Assembly: GCA_951406725.2 (NCBI GenBank)
Contig: OX597815.1
Coordinates: 60,512,001 to 60,576,000, forward strand
DNA: 64,000 bases
Direction of reading: 5' to 3'
DNA from: Octopus vulgaris
Lineage: Eukaryota
Shown: piece after piece, positions 40,925 to 55,421 of the stretch
Layout of the letters: each line of letters starts with the position of its first letter
Position numbering within the stretch: the first letter of the stretch is position 1
Position numbers and translations under genes: made by a program
The notes under the pieces: model-generated
Database searches by the model: none
The model's input: the letters and a program-made list of their open reading frames with translations, nothing else
Told to the model about the DNA's origin: nothing

Positions 40925-41750
40925 TTTTATTGTTTTTATAAATTATTGTTTTTATACACGAACACATACACACACATACTCACGTACCCACGAACACAGA
41001 CACACACACCTTTAGACACACTCACATGAACGTACACACAACTACATACATGCACATACTCAAGCACACGCGCGTACACACAATAAAATGAACACAACCT
41101 GACACACATCTTCACGTTCACATACTCAAGCACACAACCTGACACACGTCTCCACGTTCTCACACACACATATACACACGCACGCACATACACACATGCA
41201 CACACGCACATACACATACACGCACATACATACGCACATAATATACGCACATAATGCACGCACGCACACATATACACACGTACATACACACACACACCAG
41301 CACAGATTCCCACATATACCTCCAACAAACAATACTCATACAGATACGCACACAATTATACATACATGGGCACAGATACACGCACATACACGCACGTAAG
41401 CACACACACGCATATTACGCCTACACAACTCCCAAACCCCCCCACATACACGCATACACAAATTCTCATACACATCTATACATATACATACACACAATAT
41501 ATGCATACACGCGCACTCACACATACACATACGTATACACATATAGACACAGACACACACATACACGCACACAAAAACATGCACACACATACGCACGCAC
41601 ACACGCACAATAATGCACACACCCAACACTCACAACACCACGGATACACGTATATACACCCACATACGCTTACACACACATATACACACGCACACACAAC
41701 TACGCGCACATACGACACGTACGCACATACATACACACACACACAAATGA
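40925..41750 (+). repeat. Cryptic (CA)-rich block, inverted paralog of 28230-29100
   Basis: Unique anchors cagattcccacatatacctccaacaaac and aacctgacacacgtctccacgttc are reverse complements of 28521-28548 and 28658-28682. Confidence 0.85.
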
Positions 41751-41779
41751 ACCCACACATACATCTCATACACACAGCA

Positions 41780-41908
41780 CACAACCACATGGTTCCGGGT
41801 TCAGTCCCACTGTGTGGCTTCTTGGGCAAGTGTCTTCTGCTATAGCCCCGGGCCGACCAATGCCTTGTGAGTGGATTTGGTAGACGGAAACTGAAAGAAG
41901 CCTGTTGT
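41780..41908 (+). mobile_element. OK/OR-type SINE 5' fragment
   Basis: caaccacatggttccgggttcagtcccactg...gggcaagtgtcttc...ggaaactgaaagaagcc. Confidence 0.85.
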
Positions 41909-42301
41909 ATATATGTATATAATTATATATATGTGTGTGTTTGTAAAAGAATATACATATGTATTAAGTTATGTGTATGCATGTAAGCACCTATGTGTAT
42001 ATGAGGATAAGGTTGCGTACATATATATATACATGTGTGCGGGTATGTGTATATCTATGAGTACGTACATGCATATATGTTTGTGTGTGTGCATGTACGT
42101 ATACATGTTTGTGTGCGTGTGTACGTGTGTAGACGTTGTGAACGCAAGTGGTTTATGTCTACGTATGTTATTTTTTGTGAGAATATGATTGTGAGTATAT
42201 TTTTATAATTTTTTAAAATACATTTTTATCATGTCTTATCTCTTTTCTATTCCCATCTATTAGAGTTACTTCCCTTATATTTAACGGTTTCTTGTAGCCT
42301 C

Positions 42302-42362
42302 TGTTGCAGACGAGAATGTATCGTAGCTCTTCGCTTCGACATTCGAAACTGTGAGTGCTATA
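42302..42362 (+). ncRNA. Decayed type I hammerhead motif
   Basis: tgttg-CAGACGA-gaatgt-[19 nt]-acattc-GAAA-ctgtgag-TG-ctata. Perfect 6-bp stem II; U4 and H17 are altered. Confidence 0.5.
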
Positions 42363-42484
42363 ATGACAGCCGTTTACTGTTTGCTCTAATTTATAACATA
42401 TAAAATATTCCTCTATTTCTACAAATATCGAGGTCTCATTCTTTTGTTGTTTTACATATTATTATTATTATTATTATTATTATT

Positions 42485-44398
42485 CTATGTTTGACTTTTG
42501 CTTTATATTTGTACAAGTTGGCTCCAAGTCTCACCCAGAGACCTCAAGAGACAACAGGGTTGGAAGTTCATGTTGTTGTTATGCCTAGTGTGCCATATAT
42601 TTGGGGGGTGGGGATGTTGTACTAATGAATGTCTAAAAAGAAAAAAAAAGGTTTTTTTTTTTTTTTTTTTTTTAAACCGAAAATTATGTTTGTTTTAAAC
42701 CTTGAGATTACATAGAGAGTATTTTGCGTAGGATATGAGCAGTTCCCATGAGCACTATCTTTTGAACTTCTGCCATTTTTGGGTTTCCTGGTATCTGAGT
42801 TAGGTAGCTATCAGCCCCTTTTGCTATCATTCCCAGGGCACCTATGACAACAGGTATTGTTTTAGTCTTCAGGTTCCACATTTTGCTGATTTCTATTTCA
42901 AGATCTTTATATTTGCTCAGTTTTTGGTAGGTCTTGACAGATACGTTTATATCGATTGGGACAGTCATATCAATGAGGAGGCATGTTCTTTGTTTGAAGT
43001 TTTTCAATATGATGTCTGGCCTATTTGCATCTATCTTCCTGTCAGTTTGAATGGTGAAGTTCCAGAGGAGTGAGATGTGGTCATTTTCAAGCACTGGGGG
43101 TGGTTTGTGTTCCCACCAGTTTTTTTCATGGGGCAAATCCAGGTTTTTACAGATTACCCAGTGAATATATAGTGCAGCTCTATCGTGCCTGTTGAGATAC
43201 TCTGTAGGCGCTAGAAGACTGCACTTGGAGACCACATGGTCAATGGTTTCATTTTGTTGCTTGCATACACGACACGTTGGACTGCTTCTGATCTTTAATA
43301 TGTTGGCCTGGTAGTTTCTTGTTGGTAGGCATTGATCTTGAGCTGCTATGATAAACCCCTCTGTTTCAGATTTTAAGCCAGAGGCCATTAGCCATTGATG
43401 GGTCAGGGCTTTGTCGATATCTGCATTATTCGCTCTCTTTGGGTATTTGCCATAGAGAGGTTTTTCTTGCCATTTATTATTCAGAATATCTAAGGCCGCA
43501 GTTTTGGCACGGGTTTTCATGCGCCTAGCTTTTTCTGTGCTTGTTTCTTGTATATCTATCTCTAATTCCGAAATTGGTTGTATTCGGAATTCACTTAGAT
43601 ATTCCTTTGCCTGTTTTGTGACTGAGTATGATGCTTTCTTGTTTTCATGTTTTGAGACAAGTTTTAGCATTCAGTCCTCAGAGTTTTTCAGGTAGGTGTC
43701 TAGGCCAATTGTAGCAATCTTCATTGTTATTGCCAGTTGCAAAAGACCACGGCCTCCCTCTTTTCTTGGCAGATAGAGTCGTTCTGTATCTGCCTTAGGG
43801 TGGTGCATTCTATGCATTGTCAACAGTTTCCTTACTTTTCTGTCGAGCTGACATATTTCAGTAATTGACCAGTTAACAATATTGAAACTGTAAGTCACGA
43901 CTGGTATAGCTAATGCATTGATTGCTTCGATCCTGTTTCTTGCATTCAGCTCTGTCTTGAGTATTGCTCTCACTCTTCGATAGCATTCTCTCCTGATCCT
44001 TTCCTTCATCTCTGAATGCCTTATTCCGTTCCCTTCAATTATCCCTAGGTACTTGTAGCTCTCCGCTGGGTCTAGTTCTTTTATGACATTCTGTTGGTCA
44101 AGGTTAACGTTAGATGTTTCTGTCATTTTTCCTTTGATAAAGGTAGCCTTTGCACATTTATCGAGGCCGAATTGCATTCTGATGTCGTCACTGAATTGTT
44201 TGACTATCGCTAGTAAGCCCTTGAGTTGTTGATCATTTTTTGCAAAAAGCTTTAAATCATCCATGTAAACGAGATGATTTATATTTTTATCAAACATTTT
44301 ATACCCGTACTGCGCGTCATTGAGCAGCTTTGAGAGAGGTATTAAGGATAAACAAAAGAGGAGTGGTGACAGTGAGTTACCCTGGAAAATGCCACACA
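42485..44398 (-). mobile_element. R4/Dong-like LINE (family B), 5'-truncated: RT + CCHC + RLE, one in-frame stop
   Basis: GIFQGNSLSPLLFCL, HLVYMDDLKLF, CRVCKQQNETIDHVVSKC, NRPDII. ORFs 43671-44398 and 42708-43670 are in frame across a TGA. (ATT)n on both sides. Confidence 0.95.
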
Positions 44399-44425
44399 TT
44401 ATTATTATTATTATTATTATTATTA

Positions 44426-44481
<56 letters not shown>

Positions 44482-45157
44482 TTCCTTCTTTGTTCAAATT
44501 TTCTTCCATTTCTCGCCGAGTTTTTTTCCGTACACCTAGGGCAGAGAAGCTCATTGTATGCATTCCCAGATTACACACGCAAATTCACAGGTAAAATATG
44601 TATATAAAAATTTAATAAATAAATAAACTTATGGATGTTGTTTTCACAGCGATAATGCTCTTCTCAGTACATGAGTCGTTCCAGTTAACACGATTTTTTG
44701 CACTTCCTGTAGGGATGGTAAGCCTGGTATCATTTTCAAATAGATTTCAGTCCATATTTTCATCATTCCTAGAGATTCTACAATCACTGGTAGTGTAGTC
44801 ACCTTGAAATGCCATATTTTTTTCAATTTCTATTAGCAAGTCTTTATATTTACTGATCTTGTCTAATTCTTTCGCCGCTATGTTGTGATCGCAAGGAATA
44901 CTCATGTCAATTAATAAACAGACCTTTTTTGTCTGATCTTTTACAATAATATGTGGTTTATTAGCTTTTATAGTTTTGTCGGTATGTACGGGGAAGTCCC
45001 ATAGATTCGACACATTTTCTCCCTCGGTCACAGTTTCAGGATGGTGTTTATACCATTTGTCAGCGGTTTTGATTTTATAATGCCGACATATTGTCCTGTG
45101 TAAATACTGGTCGACTCTGTCATGTCTTGTTTTATATTCTACAGGCGCTAAGACTCT
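44482..45157 (-). mobile_element. R4/Dong-like LINE 3' fragment (family C)
   Basis: LAPVEYKTRHDRV...KWYKHHPE...NKPHIIV...LIDMSIP...EVQKIVLTGTTHVLRRAL; (ATT)n on both sides. Confidence 0.9.
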
Positions 45158-45195
45158 ATTATTATTATTGTTATTATTATTATTATTATTATTAA

Positions 45196-45244
<49 letters not shown>

Positions 45245-45252
45245 TAGATACA

Positions 45253-45303
<51 letters not shown>

Positions 45304-45694
45304 ACACAAACGCTCATACATCAGGCAATGTCTTGAATTAGTCATCTTGTAAAATACTTTTGGCACTGAGATTTCGAGGAAAAATTAATTTAAAGTAGAG
45401 ATAGAAATTTAATACTTCAACTTTTATCAACTGAACTATATTACTATCGCAGATCAGCTTCTAGTTTTAGTGACTTTCCCACACAACGATCGAAATGATT
45501 TGTGAAGTTGCAACAAGATCACATGCCAGGAGCCTATATTTGAAACACGAATTTGTAGTAGAACCACAGGGAGACAACGTCAATCCCCTAAAGCGACTTG
45601 AACGCAAAACATAGAGCTATGAATTATGATATCCTGCTGATTCTTACTTTGCAATTTTCATTCTTATTAATATAAGCAAATAAAATTAGCATAT

Positions 45695-46044
<350 letters not shown>

Positions 46045-46497
46045 CATACATACGTTCACGCACAGAGTAATACACATTTGTGCACGTATATATCTAAATG
46101 TGTACGTGTGTATGCATGCATCTAGGTGTTTGTATCTGTGTTTCTATATATGCATGAATATATGCAACACACTAATCTATATGCACAAATATATATGTTT
46201 GTTTCATACACAGTCAGAAGCGCATGAAAATATCCCCACCTGACTTTCTGTGTGTGTATGCGTGTGTGTGTGTATGTGCGGGTGAGTGTCCCCCCCCCCC
46301 ACATATATATGTATGCATACTTATAAAAGGAAGAGTAGGAGATTAGGTTGTGTTCATACACAATCACACACATGTATGTGTGTGTGTGTGTTTGTGTGTG
46401 TGCATATATGTATGTATGTATTTCTTCATGTTTACATATATGCATATATGCTTATATGGACGTATACAATATATAAACATTTAGGTCTGTATATGTC

Positions 46498-46572
<75 letters not shown>

Positions 46573-46964
46573 ATGTATATATACATGTGTGTGTGTATAT
46601 ATATATGTCCATATTTATATATTTATAGATATGTATACATATATTTATATATATACATATATATCTTTGTATATATGTATGTATGGATGTATGTATATAT
46701 GTGTGTATGCAGATGTATATACAGAAATTATCCCATACATACACTTGTATAAATACGGCTTCAGCGGATGTATATTCATTAGATTTTTACCGGTTAATAT
46801 TAAAAGGCTTAAAATACAACGTCACATGACCTCTGGGTTCAAACAGCTTCGGCTTTAATCACCCAAAATTGACATTTAATGATTTGAAATATGATTGGGA
46901 TAACCTTTCACCTCTGCTCATCTAATAATTCAACCAACACCAATCAGCCAGTTCAGTCTTTACT

Positions 46965-47750
<786 letters not shown>

Positions 47751-48024
47751 AAATTCAATTCTCTGTGAAAGTCATTATTCACGTCACCTTCCAAGCAATA
47801 CAATTTGAGAGAAGCCATGTTCCTGATCTTTTATTCTTTCGCTGGTAGCTGTCATTACACTACGACCATACTAGGGCTCTGGTACAACCTTCAACAGTTC
47901 TAATCTCCGTTATTATAAGGCCCCAATTGCTTTATTCCAAGTAATAAGTTCAGTCTCGTAATGTTTAACAAAAAGGGACACAACTCGATACAATGGTTTA
48001 CAGCGGTATGCTCAAACATAGATA

Positions 48025-48061
<37 letters not shown>

Positions 48062-48063
<2 letters not shown>

Positions 48064-48370
48064 GTGACGCATATTTGCCATTTGAATATGGCTAACCCCT
48101 AAGGGTGGATGCTAATGTAGTTTGTAGCCCCAGGAAGATATCTCCTCCAGCTGGCTATAGACACACTATCTGTGCCCTATCAGTATTTGTGAAGGGAAGT
48201 CATCCTTCCCGTCTTCAACTTATGATAACATAAGTTGAAGACGGGAAGGATGACTTTCCTTCACAAATACTGATAGGGCACAGATAGTGTATATCTTCCT
48301 GTGGCTACAAACTACAGTAGCATCCACCCTTAGGGGTTAGCCATATTCAAATGGCAAATATGCGTCACGA
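48062..48370. repeat. Near-perfect 309-bp palindrome
   Basis: tcgtgacgca...aacttatg|ataa|cataagtt...tgcgtcacga; the left arm has ~21 extra nt. Confidence 0.93.
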
Positions 48371-48419
48371 TGTGTTACCGCTACTGTTTATAACTCGCTC
48401 TGAGATTTATCATTATATA

Positions 48420-48620
48420 TATTCGGTCATCCAATAAATAATGGGTTTTTTTTTTCAATAGCATGAACTAAAAGTAGGATGAGGAGGGAGAAACTACTTC
48501 TATCAACTCGCTATAAAAGCAGGTAGTGATTTTACCGTGTGCTTATTCTTAGTGCAAGTTTTGAAGAGAAAGTTCCATTTTAACAGTTATTTTTTTCAAA
48601 GCTATAATAGAAGTGACAAT
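48420..48620 (+). mobile_element. Mariner 5'-end fragment
   Basis: TIR-like tattcggtcatccaataaataatg, similar to the 3.66-kb mariner TIR. Confidence 0.45.
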
Positions 48621-48992
48621 ATTTATCGGATCGAGACGAACACAGTCGTCCTTGCGGTTCACAAGAACAATAGACACGCTTTTACTTTTCTTGAGGCTAG
48701 GCAATGCAACGCATGACATTGACATGCCTCAACCATAGCGGAACTCTTCCGTCGTTCGCGTGAGTCACTGCTGCATCTATGCTCGTCTCCTCCCGATATG
48801 TATTGTGCTTTTAACACAAGTTTATGGAAACTTTTTGCCCCCCACAGCATCATGCCTTCTAACGTTATTTTCTTTTATCTTTCCTCATTCTTGTTTCATT
48901 CATTTGTCTGTGGTCATGCGGGGGCACCACCTTGTAGGGATTTTAGTCGAATAAATCGACCCCAATAATTTTCTTAAGTCTATTACTTATTC

Positions 48993-49155
48993 TACATTAT
49001 TTACATTATTTACATTTGACAGATATTTATCCCTATCTTCTTTGTTGTTCACACAACTTTTCGGCTGATATACCATCCAGACTTCATCAGGTGTCATGGG
49101 GAAATTTCGAACCTGGATTATCATTCCTAAGGTATTTTTCGATGTTGTTATTGTA

Positions 49156-49212
<57 letters not shown>

Positions 49213-49275
49213 ATTATTATTATTATTATTATTATTATCATCATCATTCAGGTCACTGCTTGGAATCGAACTCGG
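48993..49275 (-). mobile_element. 5'-truncated inverted copy of the tRNA-(AAT)n-HHR SINE
   Basis: Reverse complement: ccgagttcgattccaagcagtgacctgaat-(AAT)n-acatcgaaaaatacc...ctgatgaag...gaaa...gtaaataatgta. Confidence 0.8.
49051..49094 (-). ncRNA. Minimal type I hammerhead motif
   Basis: Minus strand: acac-CTGATGA-a-gtctgg-atggtata-tcagcc-GAAA-ag-TT-gtgt. Confidence 0.68.
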
Positions 49276-49436
49276 GCATATGGCGGAGAGGTTAAGAGCG
49301 CGGGCTACTAACCACAAGATTCCGAGTTCAATTCAACGCAGTGACCTGAATGATAATAATAATAATGATAATAATAATAATAATAATAATAATAGTCTCT
49401 AAAAGAAATGGATAAATTCTCAATAGAGAAATTCTC

Positions 49437-49875
49437 AGATAGAGAAATTAAGGCCAACAGACCAGATATAGTTGTCAGAGACCATGAAGAAAAAAAATGC
49501 TTTCTAATTGATGTATCAATACCGGCTGATGACAACGTGTCTCTAAAAGAAATGGAGAAACTCTCAAAATACAAAGACCTGGAAATAGAGGTAACTAGAA
49601 TGTGGAACCTGAAAACAGAAACAATTCCTATCATAGTAGGTGCATTAGGCATGATAAAACAATATTCAGACAAATACATAACAAAAACACCAGGACTTAC
49701 AAACACATATAACATACAGAAAATTGCACTACTAGGCACTGCACACATCCTACGCAGAACACTTTCCATACAATAACCATCAGAGCATCACAACAAATCA
49801 CAGCACATACCCAAGGCACACAGGGCTGCGCTCGGTAGTGAAGTGAAAGCACGCTAAAAAAATAAAACTACTGAA
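49437..49875 (+). mobile_element. R4/Dong-like LINE 3' fragment (family A)
   Basis: DREIKANRPDIVVRDH...LIDVSIP...EKLSKYKDL...IIVGALG; flanked by (AAT)n. Confidence 0.92.
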
Positions 49876-49914
49876 TAATAATAATAATAATAATAATAAC
49901 AACAACAACAACAG

Positions 49915-50044
<130 letters not shown>

Positions 50045-50116
50045 AAGAAGAAGAAGAAGAAGAATAACATCGAAAAATACCTTAGGAATGAGAACCCAGA
50101 TTCGAAATTTCCCCAA

Positions 50117-50162
50117 GGCACCTGATGAAGGGTGGAGAGTATATCAGCCGAAACGTTGTGTT
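50117..50162 (+). ncRNA. Minimal type I hammerhead ribozyme
   Basis: ggcac-CTGATGA-a-gggtgg-agagtata-tcagcc-GAAA-cg-TT-gtgtt. Confidence 0.75.
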
Positions 50163-50399
50163 AACAACAAACAAGATGAGCACAAATACCCGTTAAATGT
50201 AAATAATGCAAATAATGTACATAATTCCTCGTTTCTTAAATATAGAACTGTAGTACTTTTTCTGTCGGTCTCTAAGTTACAGGGATGTAAACACACCAAC
50301 ACCGATTGTCAAGTGGTGGTGGAACGTGTGACAAACATAGACACAAAGACACACCTACATCCATACACACGCACACACATACATATACTATCAGCTCGT

Positions 50400-51870
50400 T
50401 TCCGTTACCGCGTGCGTGTGTGTTGCTGTGTTTGGACAACATCACATCTGCTTCGTAGATGATGGCCTCAATACTGCATTTCGTGAGTATTCATTGTTTA
50501 CTCTGCATGAGCCTTCTGCCTCTGTGCAGGGTTTAGGAACGTTCACTAATGTCTTTTTGACACGCGGTGCACGACTGAACAACACTTATGAGACGTGAAA
50601 TGCCTATCCACTAATCTTAGGAAGGTTCTTTCTATGCAGGCGTTCACATTGAGTGAAATAAAGGAGCAAACCAAATTTTTCGGCGGTCCTTTCATGTGGG
50701 TGTTAGGGCCAGGCATTTTAATGATGCTGCTAGAGCTAAGTTATAACAGAGGCTAGCAGAGTTGAAAATATTTTTATTCGATGAAAGATTCGAAATTGTC
50801 TTACTGACACCCTTTCGGCTTTTTTTTAAAAGACTATTGGTGCTTGAAAGGAGTTTGTACCGATGCACGACAGATTCTCATTAAATTTGCAGTGAGGCAT
50901 GTATGAACCGGTACCCAAATTGAGCATTATGTCAAAGAAATATAGTATGGCAAGTCAGTTAGAATTAAGAATATGTATTAAATCTTTCCTAAGTCTGTCC
51001 AAAGTATGTTAGATTTTCTTAAGCCTGTCAAAACTATTGTTTCTGTATTGGCCAACGTGTGTTGAGAGGCATTTCTTATTTAAGGTGTCTTTTGGATGTT
51101 ACAGATATTCGCACTGTCAAATGCTCCCATTGCCACGTCGAATGAACGAGACGAACACCGACCCAGCTGTGATCCACAAAAACGTTAAACGCGCTTCAGC
51201 TTGCTTCACTTCAAGGAAGTTGAAACGTTTCAATATATCTATCATGTTTTTAATACAACATATCTATGAACAAATTTTCCCTCGGACAATAACTACAGCA
51301 TCATGCCTGTTCACTGTTTTCACGCTTTAAGTATATCTAGATGGACATTTTCATTTAATATTGTTTCAATAGTGCATACCGAGTTTTATTTAGTTTCGTG
51401 TCTATGAGGAGCTCAAATCTCGTGAGGGGCAACTTCTAATTAGCACTCTAAAATTAGTAAATGAAATACCAGCAATATACTCTGAACGAACCTATATCAC
51501 TCTTGATAGATTTAAAGACTTCGTTAATGCTTTCAAGGAATAATTTTGGCCATTAAGATATGATGGTAGTGTCAGATGAAACGCGAATAGTTTTCACTTG
51601 AGAACCCATCGTGTTTTTTTAACCGGGTATATAAGCTACAAAATATATAAACTGACATTTGCTGCCTTCCTAATGGGCACAATAATATATCTTAGAAAAA
51701 ATTCATCCATTATTTCGCATTGAGGGCAGTTTGCAAACGTAATAAAAAATGCTGAGAAAAACAGTATGTTAATTATTCTAAGAACTATAGTGAAAGAGTT
51801 ACGACTAAATTTTCTAATTAGGGGTTCAGTAATAAAATCAGCGGCTCGCATTTTCTTTGTCAAATCCATA
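50400..51870 (-). pseudogene. Decayed Penelope-like element (RT to GIY-YIG)
   Basis: In order on the minus strand: YIIVPIRKAANV, SFDVAMGAFDSANICN, SLNVNACIERTFLRLVDRHF, KCSIEAIIYEADV. Confidence 0.72.
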
Positions 51871-51958
51871 TTTTCCGCTCATTTTTCAGCCATTTTATAT
51901 TTTTTCTAGTTAAAAACGGAAGTTAGTATTTTATATACTTATGGATTACGAATACATA

Positions 51959-52080
51959 CACACGCACACGTTCACAGACGCACACGTTCACACACGCACA
52001 CGTTCACACACGCACACGTTCACACACGCACACGTTCACACACGCACACGTTCACACACGCACACGTTCACACACGCACA
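51959..52080 (+). repeat. 16-bp tandem repeat (CACACGCACACGTTCA), ~7 copies
   Basis: Direct reading. Confidence 0.9.
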
Positions 52081-52251
52081 TACATGCATACATGCATACA
52101 TACATACATACATACATACATACATACATACATACATACATGCACGCATGCATACATACATACATACATACATACATACATACATACATACATACATACA
52201 TACATACACATGTACATCTACACACACATACACACACACACATACAGAGTG

Positions 52252-52309
<58 letters not shown>

Positions 52310-52532
52310 TTTAATTATCGTTCACTTACGGAAACGGAATGCTACAAATCGTTATGAATAAATTTTAAGGATTATATTAATCTAGAAATTAATTATTGCA
52401 TGGTTTCCTACAGTAATAAAGCAACACAGCGACACCAAATTATAATAACAAAAATTACTAATGTGTACGTATTTATATGTTTGTCTGTATGTGTGTCTGT
52501 CTGTATGTATGTATCCATCCATCCATCCATCC

Positions 52533-52645
<113 letters not shown>

Positions 52646-53193
52646 AATAAATGTTTTTATATATAAAAACGTGAAATACAGGAAGGGACGAACACGGAAC
52701 ACAGACAAATCATTCGAAGCCTTCAATCTTCAGTCAGACACCGAATCATCATAGCAAATTTCGGCTGTTCAATTCTGATATTTGCTCCAACTCGGCCAGC
52801 CCCAAGAAAAAAACTAAGCTGTAAGCATTAGATTTCTTGGTAGAAGACAAGAATGTAAACGCAAGAGACGGATGTAAATACAAGAGACGAAAACGAAATT
52901 GAAAACAGTAATGGATAAACAAAATATAACGGTGGTTGTCTTACGACTTTAGACCAAATGAGACAAAAACAACAACAACATAGCAGCTGGCGTAGAAATA
53001 ATTACCTTTTCGGTAGAGGGGACACATGTTGGTCGAGATATATATATATATATATATATACATGCATTTATACACACATACATTATAACTTAAATGTATA
53101 TGATTTCCCACATGCACGCACGCGGACATACACATATACACACACTCACACACAAACATATGCATGCATATAAGTACAAAAATATACCTTATA

Positions 53194-53495
53194 GGCGCAG
53201 GATATGGCTGTGTGGTAAGAAGTTTGGTTCCCTACCACGTGGTTCCAGGTTCAGTCCCATTGCGTAGCCCCGGGCTGACTAAAGCTTTGTGAAAGGATTT
53301 AGTAGATGGAAAATGAAACCCCGTTGTATATACATACACATGTGTGTGTATCTTTGTGTTTGCATTTGTCCCCCAACACCGCCTGACAACTGGTGTTGCT
53401 TGTTTACGTTTCCGTAACGTAGCGGTTCGGCTCAGGAACTAGAATAAATGTTCGAATAAAACACTTCAATGATTGAAACAAGTAAAAGATAAAAG
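53194..53495 (+). mobile_element. OK/OR-type SINE with internal deletions
   Basis: ggcgcaggatatggctgtgtggtaagaag...ggttccaggttcagtccc...gattgaaacaagtaaaag. Confidence 0.82.
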
Positions 53496-53789
53496 CTTCC
53501 TATAGAGTGTAAAGAAACAAAAGTTGAGAGTGTTTTTATAAATTATTTACTTACGTCGTCTTTCATGCAGTTCATTAACGATAATATTCGCTATATATGG
53601 ACAAACCTTATAAGCGTGTTATATTATCAAATCATCACTTTGCATAACACACGTTAATAACCTTGACGATTTATAGCAGACATCAGAAGGAGTTACGTTA
53701 TCAACAAAGCAGTACATGGATTTGTAATTACTGGTTATATATATAATACAATTTAAATTAAAATGGGCATATATGTAAATACATATCTA

Positions 53790-54570
53790 GGGAATGGATA
53801 GGGTAAAATCCAGGCTACATATGTTTGCTAGTTATCAGAACCTCGACCTCATCTCCTGTGAGTTAACATGGGATCCATTGATAACAATGTAACCTTCATT
53901 GTAAACTTCATTTGGCTTGATAAGTAATTCTCATCGAGTAATTACTATTGGGTTGTCGTAAAGTTCGTGCCGATTTATAGAAGCTTACCTTTTGACATAT
54001 TTTAGAACATGGTTGAGTCCATAAAATAGGATTTAACTACACTTCCATTTAGAGCACAGTTTAAGCTATCTTTTCGTGGAAGTAGGTTTATGTTCCTATA
54101 ACCTGTGTTACTTCTGTAACCCTTTAAAATGGAAGGTACGAAAGTTCATTTTCAGCACTTGATGCTTTGGGAACCAGACAAAAATTGCTGCAGCACTGCT
54201 GGGATGTGTTACCCCACCCTCCATGTTCACCACATATTGTTCTTTCGGATTTCCACTTATTCATGTCTTCGCAGAATAGTCTTAATGGTAAAAATTTCAA
54301 TTCCTTGGATGACATAAAAGATACCTTGATGAATTCTTTGCTATGTAACCACCTCAATTCTGGGAAGAGAATATTTTCAAGTTAAAGGAGAGAGGGAGAC
54401 GCATTGTGCAACAAAATGGTTCATATTTGGTTGATTAAAAATGTAATGGCAAGTATTTATTGACCCTTTTCTTTCCTTTAAAAATCGGCACGAACTTTCC
54501 GGACAACCCAATACTTCCGAGGATCTGTTAGCTAGAAAACATGTAGCCTGATTTTACCTACGTCATTCCC
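53790..54570. mobile_element. Small MITE-like element (~60-bp TIRs, TA flanks) hosting a mariner derivative
   Basis: gggaatggatagggtaaaatccaggctacat (53790) vs atgtagcctgattttacctacgtcattccc (ends 54570). Confidence 0.6.
53948..54511 (+). mobile_element. Mariner internal-deletion derivative (564 bp)
   Basis: TIRs ttgggttgtcgtaaagttcgtgccgattt / aaatcggcacgaactttccggacaacccaa; TA TSD; WDVLPHPPCSPHIVLSDFHLF. Confidence 0.9.
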
Positions 54571-55421
54571 TAAATTTGGATTTCTATTCGCATTCACATC
54601 AACCGCATTTGCTAACCACGAACTATTAAATAACTTTTTTCAGCTTATGGAACTTTGATATGGAAAACATTTACAACCTTCTACATCAATAAACCACTAT
54701 TATTCCTGAAAGTTGTTTTTTATACCTTCTACGGACTGCTCGAAGCTTACTAGCTTTCCACACCTTAATCCTTGGATCTCAAATTTACATATAATTATAC
54801 AGATATGTGTGTATACGTGTGCGTTTGCGTGCGCGCCTGTGTGTATAGCTGGATGTGTGTATACAAGTGCAATCGTGATTTTGGCACCAATTTTTAATAC
54901 ACTTACAGTAGGTGGTACCCCTTATAATGAAATATCTTCTAATTATTAGTTTCAAATATTAACACAAAGCCATCAATTTGGGATGGACCCAAGTCGATTA
55001 CATCGATCCCAGTCCTCAACATTCTGTCAGCTCACCGCCTAACCCTATCTTATAATTATTAATATGGCATAGAAAAGCATCAGTCTTAGGAAAGTTCCGT
55101 ATATAAAGCGCACGGTTAGAAAGTTCTTTTGCAAACAAGTGAATCATGAGATATCCATAAACACCAGACCAAATTACTGGAATGGTTCACCAAAGATTAC
55201 TGTGACGGAATCTTTGCATTCACTCGCAATTACACACTATAAATGCCGAAGCTCTTAACAGAACAGATATGCCAAATACAGAATCATGAATAATAATAAA
55301 TTCTTTCTGTTGATTTGGTTATATTATTTGTATGGAAGATACACAAGATCCTATGGAGATTTATTGGGTAGAAAATACAAATTAAAAGCTAGGTTCAAAC
55401 AACATTTTTTTTTAATAGTTG

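Noticed and set aside
49274-49351. tRNA gene (apparent ACT anticodon loop)
   Set aside because: The cloverleaf is incomplete and the sequence is linked to a repeat tail; treated as a SINE head.
52690-52800. Minus-strand GAAA...CTGAAGA as a type II hammerhead
   Set aside because: I could not form stems I-III. Likely repeat-derived, but unsupported as a ribozyme.
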